A stretch of DNA of 64,000 nt, taken from Acidimicrobiia bacterium (GTDB taxonomy: Bacteria; Actinomycetota; Acidimicrobiia; Spongiisociales; ZC4RG35). Positions within the stretch are counted from its first letter, which is position 1. Every line of letters starts with the position of its first letter. Shown one piece after another: positions 30,078-39,478 of this stretch. Both the position numbers and the translations under genes were made by a program. The notes beneath the pieces were generated by a model. It was given only the letters and a program-made list of their open reading frames with translations, did not search any database and had not been told where the DNA came from. The stretch lies in the NCBI GenBank assembly GCA_965203555.1, contig CBDBCY010000004.1, positions 608,001 to 672,000 of the forward strand. Reading direction: 5' to 3'.

Positions 30078-31301
30078 CTATTTTCGTTGTTTGACAGAGT
30101 AACTGCGGGTGCGTCCCCGGCGGTGGCGATTGGGGCGGCGAGGCTTTCCGTTGAAGCTGTTGGGCGGGCGGCGGAGCGAGTACCTTCCCGCCGGTGACTT
30201 GTGCACCGTCCAGTCCTGGTCATGTACCTTATGGTGACATCGGCTGCACAACAGACACATGTTGTCCAGGTCGGTGGGGCCCCCGTCCGCCCAGTGTTTT
30301 ATGTGATGCGATTGGCACCACGAGGCTTTGGCGCCGCATCCCACACAGTGTTTGTCCCGGGCGACAAGAGCAGCTCGCTGGGCCGGGCTGGCCTTGCGTC
30401 GGGCCCGACCCAGGTCCAACGGCACCGAAGACCCCGCGAAGACAGCGGGCAGGATCTGGGCGTCACAGGCCAGGCGCCGAAGAGTCTTTGCAGGCAGGGG
30501 GGTTCCGTCCGTTAGACGGGCGTCTTTGAGTTGTTGATTAATCGTGTCGTAGTCGGCAATCAGCAACAGCTTCACATCCTGGGAGGGACCGTCTTCCTCT
30601 CCCCGCGGGCGGGTTACAAGCTTTGCCAGGGCATCAGCCATCCGCTGACCCGCGGTGGCCCGGTTCCGGGGGTCTTCTTTGTGCCACAGTTGGTTCATCA
30701 TCTGCGACACGGCCGTCTCCACCCGGGCGCCCGTCACCGGGTCGAAACGCCCGTACAACACGGTCATCCCATCCTCGATGTCGGTTTTGATCCTGGCGAA
30801 CCGCCGCGACCGCTGATGCTCCAACTTCGACACACCATCATCTTGGGACCGCTGCTGTTCGTGCTCGCGGACCGTACGAGCGAACTTGTCGGGGGACTGA
30901 GTCCGGGCATCGTCGAACAGGTCGTCCTCGTCGATTTCTCCCCGCTGGTTAGCGCCGGCCATGATCCGAGCGTTGTCATGGGAGATCTCCCCGGTGCGCA
31001 ACCCTTCTCGTGTCTTTGGCAAGCGTTCCAATTCCTTGGCAGTCTCGATCTCTGACCGCGCCCGACGGCGGCCCAACAGACCGTCCTTTTGCAAAACCGT
31101 TTCCACTATCTCGGTTCCCTTACGTCGGCGCAACTCGGACAGAACCTCGGCGCGGATCGCCGCGGCCTGGTTCTGAACGCGGACAGTGGATCTCAACCGT
31201 CGGCGCAATTGCTCAGAAGTGGCCTCACCAACCGGCAGGGTGGGCGCCAACAGGCGCACCCGATTGACCACTGCTGTTCCGTTCACGTCTTCTTTGTTCA
31301 T
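30078..31301 (-). CDS. DUF222/13E12-type protein with C-terminal HNH endonuclease
   Basis: QRMADAL, RRLACDA, PLDLGR, RDKHCVGC...HHIKHWADGGPTDLDNMCLLCSRCHHKVH. Confidence 0.93.
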   Translation of the reverse strand: MNKEDVNGTAVVNRVRLLAPTLPVGEATSEQLRRRLRSTVRVQNQAAAIRAEVLSELRRRKGTEIVETVLQKDGLLGRRRARSEIETAKELERLPKTREGLRTGEISHDNARIMAGANQRGEIDEDDLFDDARTQSPDKFARTVREHEQQRSQDDGVSKLEHQRSRRFARIKTDIEDGMTVLYGRFDPVTGARVETAVSQMMNQLWHKEDPRNRATAGQRMADALAKLVTRPRGEEDGPSQDVKLLLIADYDTINQQLKDARLTDGTPLPAKTLRRLACDAQILPAVFAGSSVPLDLGRARRKASPAQRAALVARDKHCVGCGAKASWCQSHHIKHWADGGPTDLDNMCLLCSRCHHKVHDQDWTVHKSPAGRYSLRRPPNSFNGKPRRPNRHRRGRTRSYSVKQRK

Positions 31302-31331
31302 GCATACCAGTATGCACCAGGGATGTGACAA
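31302..31331 (-). promoter_or_regulatory. Leaderless promoter resembling the RecA-NDp/PafBC motif
   Basis: TTGTCAC-N10-CATACT-N7-ATG compared with consensus TGTCGG-N10-TANNNT. Confidence 0.5.
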
Positions 31332-31346
31332 ACATTGCTATATATT

Positions 31347-31381
31347 ACTAACCTGCTAAAACAAACACTAACAAGCTAAAA
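31347..31381. repeat. Direct repeat ACTAACnnGCTAAAA x2, 20-bp period
   Basis: Copies at 31347-31361 and 31367-31381; weaker third copy at 31328-31340. Confidence 0.7.
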
Positions 31382-31473
31382 ATGGACCAGAAACAACTTT
31401 CGATCCCAATATCCCCACACTCACGTAAAGAACCCCACACCCTTTATGTTCTCGGCAGCAGCCTGCTGGACAG

Positions 31474-31755
31474 CTACCGGGGAGAAGAGCCGCCCTCTTC
31501 GCGCTCTGCCCAACGCAGTCCTCGACGAGCGAGGCGGATACCCACCGCCACCCCGCCTATTCCCAGTCCCACCAACCCGGTCAACCGGACCACGGGCAGA
31601 TAGGGCGCGGCGCACAGCCACACCCCGTCGGGACAGATTCCAAATCCGCTCCCGCCTCGGGCAAGGTCCAAAGCGGCCAACAGGGGAATCACCGCCAAAG
31701 CGATCCCGATCACCACCAAGGCGCCGATCAGCGTCCGAAAAAAACCTGGGGTCAT
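31474..31755 (-). CDS. Small hypothetical membrane protein
   Basis: Two hydrophobic helices separated by GICPDGVWLC. Confidence 0.6.
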   Translation of the reverse strand: MTPGFFRTLIGALVVIGIALAVIPLLAALDLARGGSGFGICPDGVWLCAAPYLPVVRLTGLVGLGIGGVAVGIRLARRGLRWAEREEGGSSPR

Positions 31756-31804
31756 ATCGGATACGGTACCTCATCGGCTGACTTCCATATCATTATTAGC
31801 TCCC

Positions 31805-33436
31805 ATGGCCTATTACCACGAGTCTTTCACCGATCAGGAACGGGCGGTGCTGGGTGGCTTCTTCACCAATCTGGACGGGCCGGTGTTCGCTCTGATCAAC
31901 CTTCCCGAGGTGGTGAAAGGCGCGCTCTTCGCCCGCTACAGCCGTACCCACAAATCCCTCCGCCGGTTGTTCCTTGACGAGTTCGTCGCCGATCCGTCGG
32001 TCGGCATCGAGGCCATCGCCACCGAGATGGACCGCGATGACCCCCTAATCAAGCTCAAGCGGGCCGAGGATCTTTACAAACGGGTCTTCTACGAGTACGG
32101 AGACGACTCGGTGGCACAACTGGGAGGAGTCCATCTTGCCTGCGAGCAGGCCTCGAATCTCCTCACCAAGGTGCTGGAATGGGGGCGCCTGGCCGCCTAT
32201 CTCGAGCAGTCCACCCGCTACATCGCCTACGACCAACCCCTGGGCGACAGCTACCGGTTCTTCCTTCCGCCCGAGATCGGGGATTCACCCCTGCGGGACG
32301 GCTACGTGGCCATGATGAACCACCTGTTCGAGACCTACCGGGAGATGCGCCCGGTGATGATCGACTACTTCACCAAGCGCCATCCCCGCAGGAAAGGGGA
32401 CCCGGCCTGGATACACCGGGCCGCCATCCGCGCCAAGGCCTTTGACTCCATCCGGGGGCTTCTCCCCGCCTCGACACTCTCCAACGTGGGAATCTACGCG
32501 ACCGGCCAGGCGTATGAGATGGCTCTGATTCGGATGCAGTCTCACCCTCTACGAGAGGTTCGGGATTACGGAGCGATGATGCTCACCGAACTGCGCAAGG
32601 TGATCCCCTCCTTCCTAACCCGGGTGGACCTCCCCGATCGGGGAATGCTCTGGAGCCATTATCTCGCCCAAACCAATTCCCGCCTCGAGGAGATAGCCGA
32701 TCGCCTGGGTGGCCGCCCGGTTCCCGCCCCCGAGGTGACCCTCACCGACTGGGATCCGGACGCCGAGCGCAAACTGGCCGCCGCCGCCCTGTACAGCGTC
32801 TCGGAACTCCCCGATGCCCAACTCCGCGAGAACGTGGACCGGATGTCATCCACCCAGATCACCGGGTTGATCACCTCCCTGGTGGGAGACCGCCGCAACC
32901 GCCGTCACAAGCCGGGCAGGGCGCTCGAGCGAAGCTACTACCGATTCGACGTGGTGTGCGACTTCGGAGCATTCCGGGATCTCCAGCGCCACCGGATGAT
33001 GACCATCGAGTGGCAGCCGCTCACCACCCGCCTCGGCCACGAACGGCCCGAGGAGCTATCGGACGCCGGCTTGGATCGCCTCTGGGACCGGACGCTGGAA
33101 GACGCCGGGGAGTTCTATGAGCGGGCGCGGGACTCCCTGGGCCGCCATGTCGCCCAGTACGCTGCGCCCTTCGCCTATCACATCAGGTTCATGATGGAAA
33201 TGAACGCCCGCCAGGCCCTGCATCTGATCGAACTGCGCACCCAGCCGGCCGGACACCCCAATTACCGGCGGGTGTGCATAGAGATGCACCGCCAGATCGC
33301 CGAGGTGGCCGGCCACACCCGCATCGCCGACGCCTTCACGTTTCTGAATACCGAAGGAGTTGATCTGGAGAGACTGGATTCAGAACGTCGCGCCGCCCAA
33401 CGCACCCAAGGTCGCCAGTTGCAAATGGAGATATAG
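31805..33436 (+). CDS. thyX: FAD-dependent thymidylate synthase, long two-domain form
   Basis: ARYSR, YGDDSVA, LEQSTRY, RDLQRHR. Confidence 0.92.
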   Translation: MAYYHESFTDQERAVLGGFFTNLDGPVFALINLPEVVKGALFARYSRTHKSLRRLFLDEFVADPSVGIEAIATEMDRDDPLIKLKRAEDLYKRVFYEYGDDSVAQLGGVHLACEQASNLLTKVLEWGRLAAYLEQSTRYIAYDQPLGDSYRFFLPPEIGDSPLRDGYVAMMNHLFETYREMRPVMIDYFTKRHPRRKGDPAWIHRAAIRAKAFDSIRGLLPASTLSNVGIYATGQAYEMALIRMQSHPLREVRDYGAMMLTELRKVIPSFLTRVDLPDRGMLWSHYLAQTNSRLEEIADRLGGRPVPAPEVTLTDWDPDAERKLAAAALYSVSELPDAQLRENVDRMSSTQITGLITSLVGDRRNRRHKPGRALERSYYRFDVVCDFGAFRDLQRHRMMTIEWQPLTTRLGHERPEELSDAGLDRLWDRTLEDAGEFYERARDSLGRHVAQYAAPFAYHIRFMMEMNARQALHLIELRTQPAGHPNYRRVCIEMHRQIAEVAGHTRIADAFTFLNTEGVDLERLDSERRAAQRTQGRQLQMEI

Positions 33437-33536
33437 ACCCCGTCCGGCAACATGTGTGAGCGGATGAACTGACAAGCGCTGGCAACTGAATACCAGTTAA
33501 CCTGTACACCGAGGGGAGCATGCGGGAAAGGCCACT

Positions 33537-34937
33537 ATGGACGGCATCGACAGCATAACGGTGCGTGACTACCGGTGTTTTGCCAACTCGCAGACCTCCC
33601 GCCTGGCGCCCCTGACGTTGCTCGTCGGAGACAACAATACCGGCAAGACCTCTCTGATGGCGATGCTCCGGGCCATGTCCCACATCGCCTGCGCCGACCG
33701 CGTGCCGGATTTCAAAGAGCCGCCCTATGACTTGGGGACCTTCGATGAGATCGTGCATCGCAGCGGCGCGCGGGGTGGCCCACCTGACAGGTTTGGCGCA
33801 ACCTTGGAGATTGCAGCCCAGACGAAAGATGGAAACACGGGCGCGGTGGTAATCGATGTCGACTTCGCCGATTATCAGTCGGCACCCGTGCCTGTACGGC
33901 GACATGTTTCACAAGGTGAGTGTTGGATCGAGCAGCGAATCAGGGATACGACAGGCACTCACACCAGCTACGGCACTCCACGCGGCGCTTGGGAGCATGT
34001 CCAAGCAGACAGTTACCGGTCTTCCTTCGTTGGGCACACCAACACGTTGCCGCCGATCGAAGTGGTGCTGTGGCTGCTGCGTCATGTGAAAATCGGACAC
34101 GAGGCGGAGTCGTCGCCAGAGCAGACCTTCGAACCTATCGGAGGCTCGCCGCCCATCTCATCCGACGACCTGGCACAGATCAAAGAAAACCTGGAGTATG
34201 CGCGCATGGGCGCCCAAAGAACAGACGGCGCGGGGATCAGGGGAGTGTTCGCAAGCGCTCCCGTGCGATCGCAGCCAAGGCGGACCTACGACCCGGCTCG
34301 GGCGACGTTGGAACCCGAGGGTGACTATGTACCGATGTATCTCGCCCAACTGGCATTACGCCAACCAGAAAGATGGGATTGGCTCAAGGGCCGACTTCAG
34401 GAGTTCGGAAACCAGGCCGGCCTCTTCACCGAGATCGAAGTGCATCGGCTCGGCAAGATCGAGAGCGCTCCCTTCCAGATTCGAATCCGAAAGTCCGGCA
34501 AGCGGCGCAAGGGACCCTTCCGCAACCTGGTCGACATGGGTTGCGGTTTGAGTCAGGCGCTTCCGATCATCACCGAACTGCTGCGCCACGACGGGCCACG
34601 GCTGATGCTGTTGCAGCAACCCGAGGCGCATTTGCATCCAGGCGCCGCGGCCGCGCTGGCCAGCCTCTTCTGCGAAACCGTAGCGAACTCCGAACATGGT
34701 CGGCAGATCGTCGTGGAGACTCACAGCGATTTCATCATCGACCGGGTAAGGACGTCCGTCAGAGACCGCGCCGCGGGCATTCAACCGGAGGACGTCTCGA
34801 TCCTGTACTTCGAGCGAAACGAGCAGGCCGTGAACATCCATTCCATCAGTGTGGATCGCCTCGGGAACATCGACGGCGCGCCCGTCGGCTATCGCCGGTT
34901 CTTCATGGATGAGTTGCGGCGTTCCATGTCAGCGTGA
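33537..34937 (+). CDS. ABC-type AAA_15/AAA_21 ATPase (DUF3696-like tail), defence-associated family
   Basis: Walker A GDNNTGKT, DMGCGLSQALP, LLQQPEAHLHP, VETHS. Confidence 0.88.
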   Translation: MDGIDSITVRDYRCFANSQTSRLAPLTLLVGDNNTGKTSLMAMLRAMSHIACADRVPDFKEPPYDLGTFDEIVHRSGARGGPPDRFGATLEIAAQTKDGNTGAVVIDVDFADYQSAPVPVRRHVSQGECWIEQRIRDTTGTHTSYGTPRGAWEHVQADSYRSSFVGHTNTLPPIEVVLWLLRHVKIGHEAESSPEQTFEPIGGSPPISSDDLAQIKENLEYARMGAQRTDGAGIRGVFASAPVRSQPRRTYDPARATLEPEGDYVPMYLAQLALRQPERWDWLKGRLQEFGNQAGLFTEIEVHRLGKIESAPFQIRIRKSGKRRKGPFRNLVDMGCGLSQALPIITELLRHDGPRLMLLQQPEAHLHPGAAAALASLFCETVANSEHGRQIVVETHSDFIIDRVRTSVRDRAAGIQPEDVSILYFERNEQAVNIHSISVDRLGNIDGAPVGYRRFFMDELRRSMSA

Positions 34938-35012
34938 GTGCGGCGCGCTCCAGAGAATCCCTGACCGACCGAAACAGTAGCCTCTTTGCGCCAAAGGCTT
35001 TGCCCTCGCTGA

Positions 35013-35234
35013 CTAACCCCCTCCGCCCAGGGGGATTCGCAGGACCAGATGGCCTTCCTCCACGGACCACTTGGCGGCGCCCACCAGCGAGTAGTCCAGG
35101 TAATCCTCCTCCGCCTGCTTGATGAACCGCCGCCGTTCCTCTCCGGCCACCGGCGGGAGCGAACGGTTACGAACCGCCTCGGCCCGCGCCTGGTACCGGG
35201 CGATCATCGCGTCAACATCGAGTTGGTCGGCCAC
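35013..35234 (-). CDS. Small hypothetical protein
   Basis: MADQLDVDAMIARYQARAEAVRNRSLPPVAGEERRRFI..., protein-like composition. Confidence 0.7.
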   Translation of the reverse strand: MADQLDVDAMIARYQARAEAVRNRSLPPVAGEERRRFIKQAEEDYLDYSLVGAAKWSVEEGHLVLRIPLGGGG

Positions 35235-35391
35235 AGTATCGTCAAGATTACCCCCGGCCGCATCACGGTTCGGCGGTGGAGAGGTACTGTCCTCCCCCGA
35301 AAGGCACCAAGACCGGGATAGCCCGCCGCGCCATTTGCGAACGCGAAACCCTTCCCAGGGGGCACTCACCATTCGGAAGCGCCAATCGAAT

Positions 35392-35813
35392 CGCATCTTG
35401 CTCGGCGCTCAAACCGGCGGTTGCAGGCCCCTTGTGGACAAATTGTTCGGGTTGGGGCTTCGCGACCGAGGCGGGAAGCGGTTGGGTGGACGGCGGTAGC
35501 CCCACCACCGGCTTCCTCCAATTCGAGACACGCGGTCCTCTCCAGGATTTCTTTCAAGGGACGGCCGGAAGCGCCTTCGCGGATCGGATGTTCATGGTAG
35601 GTCCGCTTGGCATCGAGGTTCGCATCGCCTCGGTTACCGGTGCCTACTGCTCGTCATGATGTGGCTGGCGGCCCTGTGGCCGGAACACAACCCGTTCCCC
35701 GATGACCATCTTGATCTACGCCTTCGTATTGACCGGGGTCTACGCAATTGACGCCGGGCAGTGCCTCGGTTCGGCAGGAACTGGTCGGGGTCGTCCCTCA
35801 TGAGCAAAACACC
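35392..35813 (+). pseudogene. DoxX family membrane protein pseudogene
   Basis: Pieces in different frames: LVDKLFGLG / FATEAGSGWVDGGSPTTGFL...FMVG / LLLVMMWLAALWPEHNPFPDDHL. Confidence 0.75.
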
Positions 35814-35905
35814 GGTTCCTCGCATAGCCAAACCCCCTCAGGACGGCCTATCCCACCGGGTTCGGGAAGTGACGACACTCTCTGGACAGTCCACGGCGAC
35901 AGTGC

Positions 35906-35941
35906 TTGCAAAATAGCAGCACTAGCTGTACAATGCCTGCA
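35906..35941 (+). promoter_or_regulatory. Sigma-A-type leaderless promoter of vapBC
   Basis: TTGCAA-N17-TACAAT-N7-ATG. Confidence 0.7.
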
Positions 35942-36178
35942 ATGCCTGTATCCATCACGATCAGAAACGTTCCCAACGAGACTCGAGACGAACTCGCGGC
36001 CAGAGCGGCGCGGAGCGGACGTTCTCTACAGGAGTACCTCCGGCGGGAGCTGATCGCACTGGCGGACAAACCTGACATCGAGTCCTGGCTGGCTCGGGTT
36101 GAGAAGCGCGTTCAAACACACGGGTCGAAGCTTTCGGCAAGCGAAATCCTGGCTGACATTCATCACGGCCGGCGGTGA
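35942..36178 (+). CDS. vapB: FitA-like RHH antitoxin
   Basis: ITIRNVPNETRDELAARAARSGRSLQEYLR. Confidence 0.9.
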   Translation: MPVSITIRNVPNETRDELAARAARSGRSLQEYLRRELIALADKPDIESWLARVEKRVQTHGSKLSASEILADIHHGRR

Positions 36179-36585
36179 GCGTCGTTCTTGATGCCTCTGT
36201 TCTGGTCTCCGCTCTGACCGATTCGGACCCCATGGGATCTTGGGCGAGGCAACATCTGCGTACACACCCGTTAGCAGCTCCTCACTTCATAACTGTGGAA
36301 GCCGCCAACGCCCTCCGACGGGCTCAGATGAGGGGTCGGATATCCCAGGATGTTGCCGCATCGGCTTATGCCGATCTGCTCCAAACTCCCTTGGAACTGT
36401 ATCCGTTCCGTCCTTTCGCCGATCGCGTCTGGGAGTTGCGTGAGACCGTCACCGCGTATGACGCCTGGTATGTGGCTCTGGCCGAAGCCCTCGGAACGCC
36501 CCTCGCTACGCTGGACAAGCGGCTCGCCAACGCGCCCGGCCCCACCTGCCGCTTCGAGACGCCGCCTTTCAGCCACTCGGCTTAA
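36175..36585 (+). CDS. vapC: VapC PIN toxin
   Basis: VVLDASV...VEAANALR...TAYDAWYVALAE...TLD; GTGA overlap. Confidence 0.92.
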   Translation: MSVVLDASVLVSALTDSDPMGSWARQHLRTHPLAAPHFITVEAANALRRAQMRGRISQDVAASAYADLLQTPLELYPFRPFADRVWELRETVTAYDAWYVALAEALGTPLATLDKRLANAPGPTCRFETPPFSHSA

Positions 36586-36875
36586 ACGCTCTCCGCTCGG
36601 CCGTGCCGCTGTTGTCGCCGAGGGGTAGCCGCCGAGAGACGCAGGAGGAACGCGGCCCGGTCGACGAAGCGCTCCGGGTCTCCTTGACGATTCCTCAAAG
36701 GCCCGGCAAGGTGGTGCTCTCCGGTCCACTATGGCATAGATGTCGCACAACACCTCCGTGATTGACAATCACAGCCGAATACGCAGATTTGCGCATCATC
36801 AACTCTGCTTGACCACCCAATAGCCAACTGACCCGCACATCGGTTGTCCCCAAAGCTGTGTGTATACTAAAGCAC

Positions 36876-37115
36876 ATGAGAATACACATACACCTGGATG
36901 ACGATCTCGTTGCGGACTTGGACCGCCGGGCAGGGCCTCGAAAACGAAGTGCGTTCATTGCGGCGCTGATACGTCGGGGGCTTGACGACGAGCGGAGATG
37001 GGACGACATCGAAGCCTCGCTCGGCACGATTGCGGACACGGGCCACGAGTGGGACAATGACCCCCGAGCCTGGGTACGGGCGCAGCGACAGAGCGACGAC
37101 CAACGAACCGGCTGA
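36876..37115 (+). CDS. vapB: CopG/RHH antitoxin
   Basis: MRIHIHLDDDLVADLDRRAGPRKRSAFI; TATACT-N7-ATG leaderless start. Confidence 0.85.
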   Translation: MRIHIHLDDDLVADLDRRAGPRKRSAFIAALIRRGLDDERRWDDIEASLGTIADTGHEWDNDPRAWVRAQRQSDDQRTG

Positions 37116-37117
37116 GT

Positions 37118-37510
37118 GTGTCGAGGCTCCTGCTCGATTCCACCGTGTTGATCGACGCTCTGCGCGGACGTCCCGCAGTCGAACGTATCAGAGGACTTCG
37201 CCGGACCGGTGTCGAGCCATGGGTCTGTGCCATCTCGGTCGAGGAAATCTGGCGAGGCCTGCATCCCGAGGAGGAATCCACGGCCCGCCGACTCATTCGG
37301 GCATTACGCCCGGCCCCGCTGGGTTTCGCCGTGGCAGAACGTGCGGGCCGTTGGAGACACTTTTACGCGGAACGTGGAGTAATCCTGCACCAAGCGGATT
37401 GTCTCATCGCTTCGGCGGCTGTCGGAGTGGGTGCGGCCCTGGCCACCGCCAACCTCTCCGATTTCCCTATGCCGGAACTCGACCTTGAGCACTGGCCTGT
37501 CGGCAGGTAA
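37118..37510 (+). CDS. vapC: VapC PIN toxin
   Basis: LLDSTVLID...EE...ADCLIA...TANLSDF. Confidence 0.9.
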   Translation: MSRLLLDSTVLIDALRGRPAVERIRGLRRTGVEPWVCAISVEEIWRGLHPEEESTARRLIRALRPAPLGFAVAERAGRWRHFYAERGVILHQADCLIASAAVGVGAALATANLSDFPMPELDLEHWPVGR

Positions 37511-37593
37511 CCAAATCTCGTCCAACCTACGGCGAATCGGCTACCGACTTGGCGCATCCTCGCTCTATCCCCTCCTTTCCCAGAGCGGTCCGA

Positions 37594-37764
37594 TCAGTCC
37601 GCATCCCGCAGGCAGCGATGTGGATGTGCCGCCCGTGGAGCAGTCAGCAAATCCACCCCACCCCCCGAAGCCAACAACCTCTCCTTGATTCTCGGCCCTT
37701 CCACTTGGCTCATCTCCAACAAGTCGCTGAACCGCGCCTTTGCCTCCTGCGCTTGCCAAGCCAT
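37594..37764 (-). pseudogene. Internally deleted Phd/YefM antitoxin, paralog of 43331-43585, no toxin
   Basis: MAWQAQEAKARFSDLLEMSQVEGP|RIKE...; 28 codons missing relative to the intact copy. Confidence 0.8.
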
Positions 37765-37886
37765 ACCGGTCTCTTCTGAGGGTAGAGACAAGTCCTGACC
37801 GGTCATACAAGCGGGAAGACTTTGTATAACTCTATTTCGCATAAATCAAGTTATGCTAGAGCAGCGGCGAACCGGCAGGGATTGAC

Positions 37887-39386
37887 ATGACCAAAAAACC
37901 TGCGAACGTGTACAACCGCGATGTCGAATGGGCCGATCTGACCGGATTTGCCACTGCGCCGGGACCGCGGTTGCGGCTAGGGATCGTGTATGGTCGGCGT
38001 CGCTTCGGCAAGAGCCACATACTGAGGGGATTGGTGGAGTCGGTCGGCGGAGTGTATCACCTCGCCCTTCAAGAAGAGTCCCGAACGGCGCTGGATCGGT
38101 TCGCGGCAACTCTGAGTCACCACCATCCCGGAACACCGCCCCTTCGCTTCGATGATTGGAGCGCCGCCCTGGGCTACGCGGTGACCATGCTGGGGGAACG
38201 CCGGCGCGGACCCCAGGTTCTGGTGCTGGACGAATACCCCTATCTGCGTCAGACCAGCCCGGAATTGGACTCGACCATCCAGGCGCTCATCGATGAGACC
38301 GCAGCCGGAAACCTGGGGTCGGATTGGCCGTCGCCGGTAGTTGTCATCCTGTGCGGTTCGGCTATGTCGGTGATGACCGCCATCCTCAGCGGGACCTCAC
38401 CCATGCGCGGACGGGCGGCGCTCGACATGCCGCTGGCGTCGTTCGACTACCGCCAAGCCCGGGGCTTCTGGGGCATCGACAACCCGGAGGCGGCCTTCGC
38501 CATCGACTCCATCGTGGGCGGCGCCGCCGGATACAAAGACCTGACCGCCGCCGTCGGCGCCCCTGCCCATCCCGACGAACTGGCTGACTGGCTGGCCTCC
38601 ACGGTCCTCAATCCCTCCCATGCCCTCTTCAGGGAGGACGAATACCTGCTGCGGGAAGACCCCCGGATCACCGCCGAGGCGCCCTACTACTCGCTGATGC
38701 AGGCCATCGCCCCGGGTCCCGTCTCCCAGGGACGGATCGCCGCCGCAGTGGGCCGGGCCCCGGGCGATATAGTCCATCACCTCAAGGTGATGACCACTGC
38801 CGGATTCGTAGTGCGCGACGACGACCTGCTGACCCTTCGGCGGCCCCTGTATCGCATCGCCGACCCCATCGTGCGCTTTCACCATCTAATCACCCGCCGT
38901 CACCGGGTGATGTTGGAGCAACGTCGAGCCGACGAAGTCTGGGCCATCGCGGCCCGGACCTACCGCTCCCAGGTGATCGGCCCGCATTTCGAGTCCCTCT
39001 GCCGCCACTGGGTCAACCGATACGCGAACTCCGCGACCTTGGGCGCCGCCATCGGCCCTGCCCACCGGGTCCGCATTAACGATCCCGGCCGTCGCAGGTC
39101 CTTCGAAATGGATATAGCCGCCCCCTCCGCCGAGGTGGACCAACCGGGACACCTGACGCTCCAAGTCGTGGGAGAGGCCAAGGCGACCCAACTCGAGCTC
39201 TCCGACCTTGCCCGACTGGACCGTCTCGCCCACCTGCTGGCCGAACGAGGTCGAGTATCCCTGTCCCCCACTCTGAAGCGTATGCTCTTCTCGCTGACAG
39301 GATTCGCCCCTCGCCTGATCGAGGCCTCCGATCAGCGCACCGATGTCGAACTGGTGGACCTCCACCGCCTCTACCACGGCGCCTGA
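37887..39386 (+). CDS. Archaeal-type ATPase (ATPase_2) with winged helix and PD-(D/E)XK-like C-terminus
   Basis: YGRRRFGKS, LVLDEYPYL, ILCGS, YRIADP, EMDIAA...GEAK. Confidence 0.88.
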   Translation: MTKKPANVYNRDVEWADLTGFATAPGPRLRLGIVYGRRRFGKSHILRGLVESVGGVYHLALQEESRTALDRFAATLSHHHPGTPPLRFDDWSAALGYAVTMLGERRRGPQVLVLDEYPYLRQTSPELDSTIQALIDETAAGNLGSDWPSPVVVILCGSAMSVMTAILSGTSPMRGRAALDMPLASFDYRQARGFWGIDNPEAAFAIDSIVGGAAGYKDLTAAVGAPAHPDELADWLASTVLNPSHALFREDEYLLREDPRITAEAPYYSLMQAIAPGPVSQGRIAAAVGRAPGDIVHHLKVMTTAGFVVRDDDLLTLRRPLYRIADPIVRFHHLITRRHRVMLEQRRADEVWAIAARTYRSQVIGPHFESLCRHWVNRYANSATLGAAIGPAHRVRINDPGRRRSFEMDIAAPSAEVDQPGHLTLQVVGEAKATQLELSDLARLDRLAHLLAERGRVSLSPTLKRMLFSLTGFAPRLIEASDQRTDVELVDLHRLYHGA

Positions 39387-39478
39387 CACCAACAACCCAC
39401 CCCCACCCCGCGAAGAGTCCCTAACCGGGAAGGCAAGTTTGTGGAAGATGATCGGAATCGTCGGCTTACCATGAGAGC

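Noticed and set aside
31805-33436. Double-length ThyX as a novelty or an intein-containing protein
   Set aside because: Tandem-domain ThyX is already known; no intein terminal motifs were seen
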